In this document: in pieces, positions 19,058 to 29,152 of the stretch
Position numbering within the stretch: position 1 is the stretch's first letter
Layout of the letters: each line of letters begins with the position of its first letter
Assembly: GCA_031409655.1 (NCBI GenBank)
Contig: JANNXQ010000213.1
Span: 1 to 48,117, forward strand
DNA: 48,117 nucleotides
Direction of reading: 5' to 3'
Source of the DNA: Chthoniobacteraceae bacterium
GTDB lineage: Bacteria; Verrucomicrobiota; Verrucomicrobiia; Chthoniobacterales; Chthoniobacteraceae
The notes under the pieces: generated by a model
Told to the model about the DNA's origin: nothing
What the model saw: the letters and a program-made list of their open reading frames with translations, nothing else
Databases searched by the model: none
Position numbers and translations under genes: made by a program

Positions 19058-21115
19058 TCAGCCAAGGATGGTGTGTTCGAGGCGCAAGAGTTCGGCCAGC
19101 GACCAGGCTTGGAAGGGGCAGCCGCGCGGGGTGTGCGGGGACTCGGCATCGGCGATCTCGGAAATGTGGCCGAGGCCCGCGGTGGCGAGATGTTCGTGGA
19201 GCGGTGCGAGGAAGCGGGTGCGCGCTTCGGCTTTTGCTTCGGCGGCGTTTCCCATGATGCGCAGCCAGGCTTCGACGAATGGGCCGATGAGCCACGGCCA
19301 GACGGTGCCTTGATGATAACTGCCGTCACGCTGCCACACGCCGCCTTCGTAGCGCGGCGCGTAGTTTTGTTCGCCCGGCGCGAGCGAGCGGAGGCCGAGC
19401 GGCGTGAGGAGTTTCTCCTGCACAGTTTCGACGACGCGGCGAGCGCGCTCGCCTTCGAGCAACGCGAGGGGAAGTCCGCCGACGGCGAAGATTTGATTCG
19501 GGCGAATCGTGGCGTCGTTCACGCCGGGCTGGTGGTCGCAATCGATCACATCGAAAAGACCGCCGTTCGCCTCGTTCCAAAAGCGTTCGGCGAAGCTGGC
19601 GCGGGCTTTTTCGAACAGATGCTCCCAGCGCGATGATGATTGCAGGCCGATCCACAGTGCGTTGATCCACAGCGCCTGAATCTCGACGGGCTTGCCGATG
19701 CGCGGCGTGACGACCCAATCGCCGACTTTCGCGTCCATCCAGGTGAGTTGGACGCCGGGCTGGCCGCAGGCGAGCAGGCCGTCGTCATCGGCGCGGATGC
19801 CGAAGCGCGTCCCGCTGCTGTAGCCGGCGAGGATTTCCTCCACGGCCGTCCGCAGCGCTTGCGTATGACCGTCGGCGACGAACGTCGCGGGCCGTTGATC
19901 CTCGACGGCGCGGATGTATTCGTGGACGGCGATGACATACCAGAGCGAGGCATCCACGGAGTTGAACTCGGGCGTCTCGCCGCGATCGGGGAAGCGATTG
20001 GGCAGCATGCCTTCCGAGACGGCGCCGGCCCATTCGACCAAAATGTCGCGGGCGTCTTCGAGTCGTCCGGTGGCGATGCACAGACCGCGCAGGGCGATGA
20101 AGGTGTCGCGCCCCCAATCGCCGAACCACGGGTAGCCAGCGATGAGCGTGCGGCCCGCGCCGCGCTTCACGAGGTAGGCGTCCGCGGCGCGATGCAGCGG
20201 CGACTCGAAAGCTTCGCGGCGCGCGAGCTCGGTGCGCCGCGTCATGACGTAGAGTTCCTCGGTGGATTCGAGATGGTTGAGTGGCTGGCTCTCGGGCGCG
20301 AAGAGCCACACCGCAGGTTTCGCAGCGAGGTCCCAGTGGAAGGTGCCGGGCGAGGCGAGATCCTCGGTGGCGTCGAGGCCGCGCGCGGCTTCCTCGGCGT
20401 AGAGGAAATTGCGATACCACGTCGGCTCGTGGCGGTAGTGGCCGTTGCTGCGTGCGACGACGCCGGGCGCGCCGTCGTAAGGCTGCCACACGACATGCTC
20501 GAAGCTCTCGCTCGGCTCGAAACGGAACGCGCCGTTCTCGTGCTGCATTCCGTGAAAGTCGCGGGTGGAGAGGAACGGCCGCGCTTTCAGCGTCACCGAA
20601 CCGTGCAACTCGCCAATGAGTTTCCACGCGACGAAGACCGCCGACTTTCCATGCACCACAAAGATCTCCTGCTCGATCGCGAGATCGTCCGTCAGCCGCC
20701 ACGTCCAACGCGGCCACGGCTCGTGGGTGAAGCTTTCCAGCCGCGCGACGCCATCGGGATGCACCACATCCGGCGCGTAGCGTTGCGCGGAAATCGCGAA
20801 GGTGCCGTGCGGTGTTTCGACCCACGCGTCGAAGCCGTTGACCAGCGCCATGCGTCCTGCGGGCGGCGTGGTGGCCGTGAGCAGCAACGCGTGGTAGCGC
20901 CGGGCGCGGATGCCGGAGACGGTGCCGCTGGCGAAGCCGCCGAGGCCGTCGGCTTCGAGCCATTCGGCGTCGAGATCAAGGAGGGGCGGCTGCCAGCCGC
21001 CCTGCGTGGCCTCAGTCGCGCCAGTCGGAAAAGTGTCACGGCGCGGGAAGTGTGATTCGGCGGCAGGCTGCCGCCGCTCCTTGGGGGCGGCTTCGATCAA
21101 TGTGGATGCGTTCAT
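19058..21115 (-). CDS. Amylo-alpha-1,6-glucosidase (glycogen debranching, GDE_N/GDE_C)
   Basis: EWLEADGLGGFASGT, IAGYPWFGDWGRDTFI, QLTWMDAK, YHQGTVWPW, GCPFQAWS. Confidence 0.93.
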   Translation of the reverse strand: MNASTLIEAAPKERRQPAAESHFPRRDTFPTGATEATQGGWQPPLLDLDAEWLEADGLGGFASGTVSGIRARRYHALLLTATTPPAGRMALVNGFDAWVETPHGTFAISAQRYAPDVVHPDGVARLESFTHEPWPRWTWRLTDDLAIEQEIFVVHGKSAVFVAWKLIGELHGSVTLKARPFLSTRDFHGMQHENGAFRFEPSESFEHVVWQPYDGAPGVVARSNGHYRHEPTWYRNFLYAEEAARGLDATEDLASPGTFHWDLAAKPAVWLFAPESQPLNHLESTEELYVMTRRTELARREAFESPLHRAADAYLVKRGAGRTLIAGYPWFGDWGRDTFIALRGLCIATGRLEDARDILVEWAGAVSEGMLPNRFPDRGETPEFNSVDASLWYVIAVHEYIRAVEDQRPATFVADGHTQALRTAVEEILAGYSSGTRFGIRADDDGLLACGQPGVQLTWMDAKVGDWVVTPRIGKPVEIQALWINALWIGLQSSSRWEHLFEKARASFAERFWNEANGGLFDVIDCDHQPGVNDATIRPNQIFAVGGLPLALLEGERARRVVETVQEKLLTPLGLRSLAPGEQNYAPRYEGGVWQRDGSYHQGTVWPWLIGPFVEAWLRIMGNAAEAKAEARTRFLAPLHEHLATAGLGHISEIADAESPHTPRGCPFQAWSLAELLRLEHTILG
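20977..21083. repeat. REP doublet, in-frame at the GDE N-terminus
   Basis: CAAGGAGGGGCGGCTGCCAGCCGCCC...CGGCGGCAGGCTGCCGCCGCTCCTTG. Confidence 0.85.
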
Positions 21116-21195
21116 GGTTTAGACGGTGGAAGGTGGTTCGATGCGCAGCAGCAGGATGGCGAGCGACAGCGCAAGAGCGGCGAGCGAGGCCGCGC

Positions 21196-22053
21196 CTAGC
21201 CGCCGGTCTCGAAGCCCGGATAGAGCGTCATGCCGCCATCGACGAAGAGCGTGATGCCGTGGATGTAGTCGGCGTCGTCGCTGGCGAGCCACGCAGCGGC
21301 GCGGCCGATTTCGTTCGGCTCGCCGATGCGCTTGTAGGGGATGAGTTTCAGCAACTCGGCATAAGCTTCGGGCGTTTCCCACGCCGAGGTATTGATCGGC
21401 GTGCGAATGGCGCCGGGGGCGATCGAGTTCACGCGAATGCGCCACGGGGCGACTTCCTGGGCGATGCTTTTCATCATGAGCATCACACCGCCTTTCGACG
21501 TGGCGTAGTTCACATGCCCAGCCCACGGGATGACTTCATGCACCGAACTGATGCAAATGATCTTCCCCGCCGCGCACGAGACATCCGCGACGACCCCGCG
21601 CCGTTTGAATTCGCGCACCGCCTCGCGGGAGCAGAGAAACTGCCCGGTGAGATTCACGTCGATGACCCGCTGCCACTGCGCGAGCGTCATCTCGGAGAAG
21701 GGCGCATCGGACTGGAGCCCGGCGTTGTTCACCAGAATATCGACCGTCCCGAATTCCTCCTTCGCCGTCGCGAACATCGCCTGCACCTCCGCTTCCTTGG
21801 AAACATCGGCTTTCGCGGCGACTGCGTGGCTGCCACCATTCTCGATTTCGGCGACGACTTCCTCGGCCTTGTCTGGCCCGCTCACAAAGTTGACCACGAC
21901 ATTCGCGCCGGCCTTCCCGAGTTCGATCGCGATCGCCCGGCCAATCCCCGAGCTGGCGCCGGTGACGATGGCGGTCTGTCCTTCGAGCAAGCGGCGCACG
22001 GGCACGTTGGGAAGGACGGGTTGCGGGTAGTGGGAGTGGTGGTGTTTGTGCAT
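21196..22053 (-). CDS. SDR oxidoreductase (glucose 1-dehydrogenase-like)
   Basis: TGASSGIG, NNAG, SSVHEVIPW, YATSK, PGAIRTPIN. Confidence 0.92.
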   Translation of the reverse strand: MHKHHHSHYPQPVLPNVPVRRLLEGQTAIVTGASSGIGRAIAIELGKAGANVVVNFVSGPDKAEEVVAEIENGGSHAVAAKADVSKEAEVQAMFATAKEEFGTVDILVNNAGLQSDAPFSEMTLAQWQRVIDVNLTGQFLCSREAVREFKRRGVVADVSCAAGKIICISSVHEVIPWAGHVNYATSKGGVMLMMKSIAQEVAPWRIRVNSIAPGAIRTPINTSAWETPEAYAELLKLIPYKRIGEPNEIGRAAAWLASDDADYIHGITLFVDGGMTLYPGFETGG

Positions 22054-22110
22054 GGCGAGTTGTTGGTGCGGTTCGATGGATCGCCGCGACACGAAGCCCG
22101 GCATACTCAC

Positions 22111-22138
22111 TTCGTCGCGCCCGCATCGAGTTCCTTAC
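22111..22138 (-). promoter_or_regulatory. Putative ECF promoter (SDR-GDE-FMN reductase operon)
   Basis: GTAAGGA-N14-CGACGAA. Confidence 0.8.
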
Positions 22139-22289
22139 ATCCTTTTCCCCCCGGCTTGCGTTTCGATTCCATAATTGATTCGCCCGCCTCACTTTCATGC
22201 CGCGCGGTTTTATTCGTGCGTTGCTCCTCATTTCAGGTAGTGCGAGTCCGACAAGCCGCCGCAGCAGATCGAGTCACCACCGCCCCACC

Positions 22290-22913
22290 ATGAATGCACC
22301 TGAAACCAACGCGCCTCCTTCCCGGGCGGGAGCTTCGCGCGCCGATCCCGAACGCTGGGTCGATGAACACGGCGACTGCCTCTACCGCTACGCACTCACC
22401 CGCGTGCGCAAGGAGGAAGTCGCCGAGGATCTCGTGCAGGAGACGCTGCTCGTCGCCGTGCGCACGCACGAGAAATTCGGCGGACGCTCGACGGAGCGGA
22501 GTTGGCTCATCGGTATTTTGAAAAACAAAATCTGCGATCACTTTCGCAAGCTGGGTCGCGAGACAAACTTCACCGACCTCGAATTTTTCAGCGACGAGCA
22601 TTCGGACAAATTTGACGGCGAGAACTACTGGATTCACGAACGCGGCCCTTCGGACTGGAAGCCCGAGGGCGAGGAGGCGATGAAACGCGCGGAGTTTTGG
22701 CAGGCGCTGCAAGGTTGTCTCGGCAAGCTGCCCGAGCGCGGGGCGCAGGTCTTCATGCTGCGCGAAATGGACGACGTCCCGAGCAAGGAAGTGTGCGCGA
22801 CGCTGAACATCAGCGAGGCGAATCTGTGGGTGATGCTGCACCGTGCCCGTATGGCCCTGCGGCAATGCCTGGAGATGAACTTCTTCGACGGACCGGGAGG
22901 CGCGAAGCTGTGA
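22290..22913 (+). CDS. ECF RNA polymerase sigma-70 factor (TIGR02943-like)
   Basis: AEDLVQETLL, SWLIGILKNKI.D, CL.KLP, FMLRE, NLWVMLHRAR.ALRQCLE. Confidence 0.93.
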   Translation: MNAPETNAPPSRAGASRADPERWVDEHGDCLYRYALTRVRKEEVAEDLVQETLLVAVRTHEKFGGRSTERSWLIGILKNKICDHFRKLGRETNFTDLEFFSDEHSDKFDGENYWIHERGPSDWKPEGEEAMKRAEFWQALQGCLGKLPERGAQVFMLREMDDVPSKEVCATLNISEANLWVMLHRARMALRQCLEMNFFDGPGGAKL

Positions 22914-23215
22914 CTGAGCCGACCAACTGGTGGAAGACGAAGCTGGTCACCTTCATCGCCGCGCACACCCCGAAGTGCCACGACATGACCCGCCTCATCT
23001 CGCAATCGCTCGACCACCCGCTCCCGCTGCGCACACGGATCGCGATGTGGAGTCACTTCCGCATCTGCGTCTGGTGCGCGCGTTACCGCGATCAACTCGG
23101 TTTTATCGGCAAGGCAGTGAAATCCTGCTCGGAACAGGGCGCGGAGAAAATGCGCGGCGGGCTTTCACCGGAGGCGCGGACCCGGCTGAAGATCGCGGTG
23201 CAACCAAAGACCTGA
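22910..23215 (+). CDS. zf-HC2 anti-sigma factor 1
   Basis: GTG overlaps the sigma stop; C-x-HxxxCxxC (HFRICVWC); no TM helix. Confidence 0.85.
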   Translation: MTEPTNWWKTKLVTFIAAHTPKCHDMTRLISQSLDHPLPLRTRIAMWSHFRICVWCARYRDQLGFIGKAVKSCSEQGAEKMRGGLSPEARTRLKIAVQPKT

Positions 23216-23279
23216 CTCCGGCGAGAAGCCGGTTGTTCGCGGCAGCGGCGCAAAACTCGCTTTCCCACGAAGAAAGCGT

Positions 23280-23307
23280 GTAAGTATTTACGTCGAGCGA
23301 CGACCAA
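23280..23307 (+). promoter_or_regulatory. Putative ECF promoter (anti-sigma 2)
   Basis: GTAAGTA-N14-CGACCAA, 8 nt before GTG. Confidence 0.65.
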
Positions 23308-23315
23308 GAATTAAA

Positions 23316-23687
23316 GTGGCGCAATCACCTCACGACCATGCCCCGCCCCACTGGCTCAAGACGAAAGTCTCTGGCTGGTTCTGGTCGCTCACGCCCGCCT
23401 GCAAGGAAGTCTCGCGGCTGACCTCCGAGGGCCGCGACCGTGCGCTGCCCGTCGGGTTGCGCCTTCGCCTCGGCCTGCACCGTGCGTTTTGCAAATGGTG
23501 TGCGCGCTACGCCCGGCAGCTCGATTTCGTGCATGAGGCGAGTCAACTCTTCCCCGAGCACCTTGATCAGATCGCTGGGCCGACTCTCAAATGCGACGCC
23601 AAGACGCGGATGAAGCGAACGATCCAGGAAGCGGTGGAGAAACAAATCGTCGCCATGGGTGGGTCGGTTCTCTGCTTAATCGCCTGA
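23316..23687 (+). CDS. zf-HC2 anti-sigma factor 2
   Basis: C-x-HRAFCKWC; paralog of the preceding gene. Confidence 0.8.
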   Translation: MAQSPHDHAPPHWLKTKVSGWFWSLTPACKEVSRLTSEGRDRALPVGLRLRLGLHRAFCKWCARYARQLDFVHEASQLFPEHLDQIAGPTLKCDAKTRMKRTIQEAVEKQIVAMGGSVLCLIA

Positions 23688-24578
23688 TCGCTGGCTCACA
23701 CGATCCGTGACGACGCGGAGCGCCGCTGCGACGGCATCCGGATGTTCCCACGGAATGAAGTGGTTGTATTCCGGGAAGACCAGCGGCTCGAATTGATTGC
23801 CCTTGCCTGCCGCGGCCAGTTGCGCCCGGAGGTAGTCCACGTTGGCGACCGGCACTTGTGAGTCCTTGCCACCGTGGAGCATGACCACGGGCACGGCGAG
23901 TTGCGGGAGCACCGGCTGCAAGCGCACCAGGTCATCGCGCAGCGTGAGCAGTTCCCGATTGCACTGCCGCAGTGAGCGCGGCACGAGCCACGAGATGAGC
24001 GGCCATTCGGCGACTCTTTGCGCCGCGTAGATTCGTTCGAGCGACGGGTCAATACTCCCGCCGATTAACACGACCCCGGCGATCTCGTTGGGGAAATTAA
24101 GAGCGGCAAGCAGCGCGACGGGCGCACCGTAGGAATGGCCGACGAGAATGGTTCTGCGCGGCGGTTCGTTCGTCAGCAACGCGCCGATGGCATTGGCCTG
24201 ATCTTCGAGACTGGGCTCACGGCGATCCGGGCCGGATGCGCCGAAACCGGGCCGGTCTGGGGCCAGCAGATTGGCGCGTGGAAATGGATGGCGGAATTGC
24301 TCCCCGAATATCGCCGCCGTGGCAGGCGTGCCGTGAATGAAAACAATGTCCCAGGCAGCATCGGGTTGTTTCAGCTCGTAGCAGCGCAGCGTGTGACCGA
24401 GCGAACTCGTGACCATCTTCGACGCGAAGGGCTTCATGCTGCGGTCGTGCAGGGAGAAGAAAAAACTCACGGCGTGCAGCAAGACTACCGGCAAAACCAG
24501 CAGCACCGCCGCGCTCGTGAGCACGATTCGAACGGCGCAGCGGCGGCGTAATTTCGGTTGTTGGGACAGCGTACTCAA
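23676..24578 (-). CDS. Alpha/beta hydrolase
   Basis: FIHGTP, DRPGFG, GHSYG, HG.KD, HFIPW; N-terminal TM helix. Confidence 0.9.
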   Translation of the reverse strand: MSTLSQQPKLRRRCAVRIVLTSAAVLLVLPVVLLHAVSFFFSLHDRSMKPFASKMVTSSLGHTLRCYELKQPDAAWDIVFIHGTPATAAIFGEQFRHPFPRANLLAPDRPGFGASGPDRREPSLEDQANAIGALLTNEPPRRTILVGHSYGAPVALLAALNFPNEIAGVVLIGGSIDPSLERIYAAQRVAEWPLISWLVPRSLRQCNRELLTLRDDLVRLQPVLPQLAVPVVMLHGGKDSQVPVANVDYLRAQLAAAGKGNQFEPLVFPEYNHFIPWEHPDAVAAALRVVTDRVSQRSGD

Positions 24579-24645
24579 AGCGTGGTCAGCCGCTTGGCTG
24601 GCGATCGCACGTTAGCACGCGAGAGCTGTCGGCGAGGAGGGCTTT

Positions 24646-24673
24646 GTAAGGATTCGCGGGCGGTGGCGACAAA
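24646..24673 (+). promoter_or_regulatory. Putative ECF promoter
   Basis: GTAAGGA-N14-CGACAAA. Confidence 0.75.
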
Positions 24674-24746
24674 GGAGGAGCGCTCTGTGGCCGTGCCACT
24701 GGGGGCGCTCAAACCAAAACAATAACCGACAAACCTCACTATCCAC

Positions 24747-25130
24747 ATGAACCTCAAATCCATCCTCACAACCTTCGCCGCGCTCGTCGCCACGGCCACC
24801 CTCTCGCTCGCCGAGCATCCCGAACACAAGACCGGAATGTTCGCAGGAGCCAAGGCTAACAAGGGCAACGCCACCCACTCGACCCACGACGGCAAGAGCG
24901 TGCTGAAAGTCTCCGACGACTTCGTCATTCCCGACACGCCCGCGCCGAGCTGGCAGGTCGTGGACTCGAAGGGCAACACCTATCTGCTCAATCAGATGAA
25001 GATCAAAGGCGGCACCAACCGTCAGGTGACGGTGCCGGCTTACGTCCAAGACATCGCCAAGGTGCAGGTGTGGTGCTCGTTCGCCGAGGTGCTGCTCGGT
25101 GAGGCGAAGTTCGAGAAACCCGTGAAGTAA
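24747..25130 (+). CDS. Secreted DM13-like domain protein
   Basis: Signal peptide; SDDF..PDTPAP, VWCSFAEVLLGEA. Confidence 0.65.
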   Translation: MNLKSILTTFAALVATATLSLAEHPEHKTGMFAGAKANKGNATHSTHDGKSVLKVSDDFVIPDTPAPSWQVVDSKGNTYLLNQMKIKGGTNRQVTVPAYVQDIAKVQVWCSFAEVLLGEAKFEKPVK

Positions 25131-25203
25131 CCAATCCGGCGCGGAACGCCGGTCGGTCCAAGCGACCGACCGGCACCGCCGTGGACTCTAAATACTCACC
25201 CTC

Positions 25204-26085
25204 ATGAAAACTCTCGCGCACACCTTTTCGGCTCTGCTCCTTCTTGCCAGCTTCGCACCCGCACAGGTCGCGGAAAAGAAGAGCCTCACCCTCGACGGCG
25301 CACGGCAGGTCATTGCCGGTGCGGTCGCTTATGCGAAAGCCAACCACGCCCCCGGCGGAGCCATCGCGGTCGTCGATGACGGCGGCAATTTGATGGCGCT
25401 CGAACGTCTCGACGGCACCTTTGCCGCGGGTCCCAATATCTCCATCGGCAAGGCGCGCACCTCGGCGCTCTTTAAGAAGCCGACGAAGTTTTTCGAGGAC
25501 GTGATCAACAAAGGCCGCACCGCGATGGCGGCGATGCATGAGAACTTCACGCCTCTGCAAGGCGGGGTGCCGATCCTCGTCGATGGGCAGGTCGTCGGCG
25601 CAATCGGCGTCAGCGGCGCGAGCAGCGCGCAGCAGGACGAAGAGGTCGCGATGGCAGGTGCGGCGGTGATCGCCGGCAGTCCGAAGACTGGCGCGGCGTC
25701 TCCTCCGACCGCGCCTGCGACGGTCTTCCACGCGAAGGATGTTCTCGCAGGATTTGCGAAAGACGGGCACCTGATCGAGACGGCTGCTTACAAGGTCAAC
25801 ACGAGTCGCCGCACGGAGCCAGGCCTCGCCGAGGTGCACGCGCGGGAGACGGACGTCTTTTACATCGTCGAAGGCAGCGCCACGCTAGTCCTCGGCGGCA
25901 CGGTCGTCGAGCCGCAGGCAGGCTCCTCCGCCGATGAAGTGCGCGGCAAGTCCATCGCCGGCGGCGAGACTCATCAACTCAAGCCGGGCGATGTCGTCGT
26001 CATCCCGCCGGGGACGCCGCATCAGTTCACCCACGTCAAAGGGCCATTTCACTACTTCGTCGTGAAACCCATCTCCAGCCGCTGA
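25204..26085 (+). CDS. GlcG/HbpS heme-binding protein fused to a cupin
   Basis: IAVVDDGG, KARTS, GGVPI..DG.VVGAIGVSG; C-terminal GDVVVIPPGTPH. Confidence 0.85.
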   Translation: MKTLAHTFSALLLLASFAPAQVAEKKSLTLDGARQVIAGAVAYAKANHAPGGAIAVVDDGGNLMALERLDGTFAAGPNISIGKARTSALFKKPTKFFEDVINKGRTAMAAMHENFTPLQGGVPILVDGQVVGAIGVSGASSAQQDEEVAMAGAAVIAGSPKTGAASPPTAPATVFHAKDVLAGFAKDGHLIETAAYKVNTSRRTEPGLAEVHARETDVFYIVEGSATLVLGGTVVEPQAGSSADEVRGKSIAGGETHQLKPGDVVVIPPGTPHQFTHVKGPFHYFVVKPISSR

Positions 26086-26129
26086 TTTTCCTGAACCCAA
26101 TCCGCACTAAACAACCAAACCAAACTCCT

Positions 26130-26591
26130 ATGAAAAAATACCTCATCACCACCCTCGCCCTCCTCGCCCTCGCGGTCGTCGCCAGCGCTGAAGAGCGCGT
26201 CAATGTCGATAAGCACGGCCTCGCGCTCCAGGGTTACGATCCCGTCGGTTACTTCACCGAAAGCCGGCCCGTGGAGGGCAACCCGTCCTTCTCGGCGACT
26301 TACAAAGGCGCGCTCTATCATTTCGCCTCGGCGAAAAACCGCGACGCCTTCCGCAAGAACCCCGCGAAGTATGAACCGCAATTCGGCGGCCACTGCGGCT
26401 TCGCGGCGTCCATCGATACAATCTCCCCGATCAGCCCGCACTACTGGCAGATCGTGAACGGACGCCTCGTGCTGCAACACAACCAGAAGGCGTGGAACCT
26501 CTGGACGAAGGACTTGAAAGGCAATCTCGCCAAGGCGGACGCGAACTGGCCGCACCTCAAAGAAAAGAAGGCCGGACTTTTCGGACGCTAG
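26130..26591 (+). CDS. YHS domain protein (secreted)
   Basis: GYDPVGYF, Y.FAS..N...F..NP.KYEPQFGGHC. Confidence 0.9.
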   Translation: MKKYLITTLALLALAVVASAEERVNVDKHGLALQGYDPVGYFTESRPVEGNPSFSATYKGALYHFASAKNRDAFRKNPAKYEPQFGGHCGFAASIDTISPISPHYWQIVNGRLVLQHNQKAWNLWTKDLKGNLAKADANWPHLKEKKAGLFGR

Positions 26592-26618
26592 ACCGCTTCC
26601 GCGCACCTTCGCACCGCT

Positions 26619-28220
26619 ATGAAAGCCATCCACCTCCTCGGCGTTGCCGCGCTCACCCTCATGCCCGGTCGCCTGCTCTTTGCGCAGGTGACCGAGGCGC
26701 GCCTCGGCCGCCCGGCGGCTATCATCGATCTCGCCACGCCCGGAGGCGCACAGCTCGCGAAAGCGCAGTGGCGCTACCACGACGTAAAGATCAAGGAAGT
26801 CGCCCATCACGACGTCGGCCCCGACCTCAAAGCGAGCGGGGCGGCGAACAAGACCAACGACTACGAGCCGCACGCTGGTGTCGGGGATTTTGACGACGCG
26901 AAGTGGGAGGTCATCGCGCCGGAGTCGCTCGACCAGCGGCGCGGCCACGGCAAGGTCAGCTTCAACTGGTATCGCACCAGCGTGGCGATCCCCGAGAAAG
27001 TCGGCACCTTCGATCCGACCGGCGCGACCGTCGTCTTCGAGATCGTCGTCGATGACTACGCCGAGGTGTGGGTCGATGGAAAACTCAGCTTCACCTACGG
27101 CCAGAGCGGCGGTCAGGTCGTGCGCGGCTGGAATGCCCAGAACCGTGTGGTGCTCACCCGCGATGCAAGGCCAGGACAGAAGTTCCAGCTCGCGGTCTTC
27201 GGCATGAACGGTCCGATCTCCTCCACGCCCGCGACCTTCATCTGGGTGAAATCCGCGACGCTCGACTTCCACGCCGCGCGCAAGCCGGAGCTCGTCGAAA
27301 CGAAGATCGAGCGGCTCGACCCGGCGCTCGACGCCATCGTGCAGCGTGACGCGCAGCTCGAAAAGGTCGCAACCGGATTCACCTTCACCGAAGGCCCGGT
27401 GTGGTCGCGCGAACTCGGCGCATTGCTCTTCAGCGATCCCAACGAAAACACCATCTACCGCCTCACGCCCGAGGGCGAAGTCAGTGTCTTCCGCGCGAAG
27501 AGCGGCTACGCTGGCACCGACATCGGCGAGTATGGCCAACCCGGCTCGAACGGCCTGACCTTTGACAAGGAAGGTCGGCTGACTCTCGACCAGCATGGAA
27601 ACCGGCGCGTCCTGCGCATCGAGAAAAACGGCGTCGTCACCGTGCTTGCCGACAAGTTCGACGGCAAACGTCTCAACTCGCCAAACGATCTGGTGTATCG
27701 CAGCGACGGGGTGCTTTTCTTCACCGACCCGCCATTCGGCCTGCCGAAACACGACAAAGACCCGCAGAAGGAACTGCCCTTCTCCGGCGTCTTCGCCGCG
27801 CGCGACGGCAAGCTCTCGCTCGTTACCAAGGAACTCAGCGGCCCGAACGGCATCGCCTTTTCGCCCGACGAAAAGTTTCTCTACGTCGGCAACTGGGACG
27901 ACCACAAGAAGGTCGTGATGCGTTACCGCATCGCTGAGGATGGCAGTGCGAGCGGTGGTGAAGTCTTCGCCGATTTCACCGCCGAAGGAACCGAGAATGC
28001 CATCGACGGCATCAAGGTGGACAAGGCTGGAAACGTCTATATCTCCGGCCCGCGCGGCCTGTGGATCGTCTCGCCCGAAGGCAAACGCCTCGGCCTCATC
28101 AGCGGCCCCGAGCAGCCGCATAATTTTGCCTGGGGCGGCGAAGACGGCCGCACGCTCTACATTTGCGCGCACACCAGCATCTATCGCGTGCGGCTGGAAA
28201 GCGCCGGCCTTCGCCCGTAA
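26619..28220 (+). CDS. SMP-30/gluconolactonase family protein with N-terminal extension
   Basis: FTEGPVW, GSNGL, LNSPND, FTDPPFG, PNGIAFSPD, DGIKVD. Confidence 0.92.
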   Translation: MKAIHLLGVAALTLMPGRLLFAQVTEARLGRPAAIIDLATPGGAQLAKAQWRYHDVKIKEVAHHDVGPDLKASGAANKTNDYEPHAGVGDFDDAKWEVIAPESLDQRRGHGKVSFNWYRTSVAIPEKVGTFDPTGATVVFEIVVDDYAEVWVDGKLSFTYGQSGGQVVRGWNAQNRVVLTRDARPGQKFQLAVFGMNGPISSTPATFIWVKSATLDFHAARKPELVETKIERLDPALDAIVQRDAQLEKVATGFTFTEGPVWSRELGALLFSDPNENTIYRLTPEGEVSVFRAKSGYAGTDIGEYGQPGSNGLTFDKEGRLTLDQHGNRRVLRIEKNGVVTVLADKFDGKRLNSPNDLVYRSDGVLFFTDPPFGLPKHDKDPQKELPFSGVFAARDGKLSLVTKELSGPNGIAFSPDEKFLYVGNWDDHKKVVMRYRIAEDGSASGGEVFADFTAEGTENAIDGIKVDKAGNVYISGPRGLWIVSPEGKRLGLISGPEQPHNFAWGGEDGRTLYICAHTSIYRVRLESAGLRP

Positions 28221-28237
28221 AGAACCCCGACACTGCC

Positions 28238-29071
28238 GTGATCCGCGCCTTGCGTTCGCATTGGCCTGAATATCTCATCGAGGCCACGCTCCTCGGGCTC
28301 TTCATGATCTCCGCCAGCGTCTTTACGATGCTCTTGGAGTATCCTGGCTCGCCGCTGGTTGCCGCACTGCCGGATGCGTTTGTGCGGCGGATGCTCATCG
28401 GCATCGCCATGGGATTGACGGCGCTCGCGCTCATTCTTTCGCCCATGGGGAAGCGTTCCGGCGCGCACTTCAATCCGGCGGTGACGCTCACCTTTTGGTG
28501 GCTGGGAAAAGTGCAGACTTGGGACGCTATCTTCTATGTGATCGCGCAGTTTCTCGGCGGCATCGCGGCCGTGGCATTGGTTGCCGCAGTGACCCCTCGA
28601 TTGCTGGCGGATCCGAGCGTGAACTTTGTCGCAACCTTACCCGGCGCGACGGGTGTCGGTCGGGCTTTCGCTGCGGAGTTTACGATTTCGTTCGTGCTCA
28701 TGCTCACGGTGCTGAACGTCAGCAATCATCCGCGCCTAGCCCGCTACACGCCCTTCTTCGCCGCGACGCTCGTGGCGACGTTCATCACGTTCGAAGCGCC
28801 GCTCTCTGGCATGAGCATGAATCCGGCGCGCACGTTCGGTTCAGCTTTCGTCGGCCACATTTGGACGGCGCTGTGGATCTACTTCACCGCGCCCGTGCTG
28901 GCGATGCTCTGCGCCGCGTTCGCCTATCGCCGCACGGGCCGGGTGGTGTATTGCGCCAAGCTGCATCACCACAACGGCGCGCGCTGTATCTTCAATTGCG
29001 CTTTTGGCGAACTCGAAGATGGTGAGCGGCGTGCTTCGCGACACCGCGAGGCGGGCGCGTCCAGAAGTTGA
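28238..29071 (+). CDS. MIP/aquaporin family channel
   Basis: SGAHFNPAVT and SMNPARTFG NPA boxes; C-terminal CAKLHH..RCIF.C tail. Confidence 0.92.
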   Translation: MIRALRSHWPEYLIEATLLGLFMISASVFTMLLEYPGSPLVAALPDAFVRRMLIGIAMGLTALALILSPMGKRSGAHFNPAVTLTFWWLGKVQTWDAIFYVIAQFLGGIAAVALVAAVTPRLLADPSVNFVATLPGATGVGRAFAAEFTISFVLMLTVLNVSNHPRLARYTPFFAATLVATFITFEAPLSGMSMNPARTFGSAFVGHIWTALWIYFTAPVLAMLCAAFAYRRTGRVVYCAKLHHHNGARCIFNCAFGELEDGERRASRHREAGASRS

Positions 29072-29109
29072 AGGCGACTGGGTGGCTCGGAAAATTGGGG
29101 TGATTTTTT

Positions 29110-29137
29110 GTAAGGAACCGAGAGCCAACCCGACGGA
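29110..29137 (+). promoter_or_regulatory. Putative ECF promoter
   Basis: GTAAGGA-N14-CGACGGA. Confidence 0.75.
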
Positions 29138-29152
29138 ACTCCCCAAGTCCCC

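Noticed and set aside
22200..22289. Autoregulatory ECF promoter before the sigma gene
   Set aside because: CGACAAG is present but there is no GTAAG at the 14-nt spacing.
25148..25174. Additional REP copy
   Set aside because: A perfect hairpin, but it lacks the CAAGGAG end and a partner; likely an mRNA stability or pause element.
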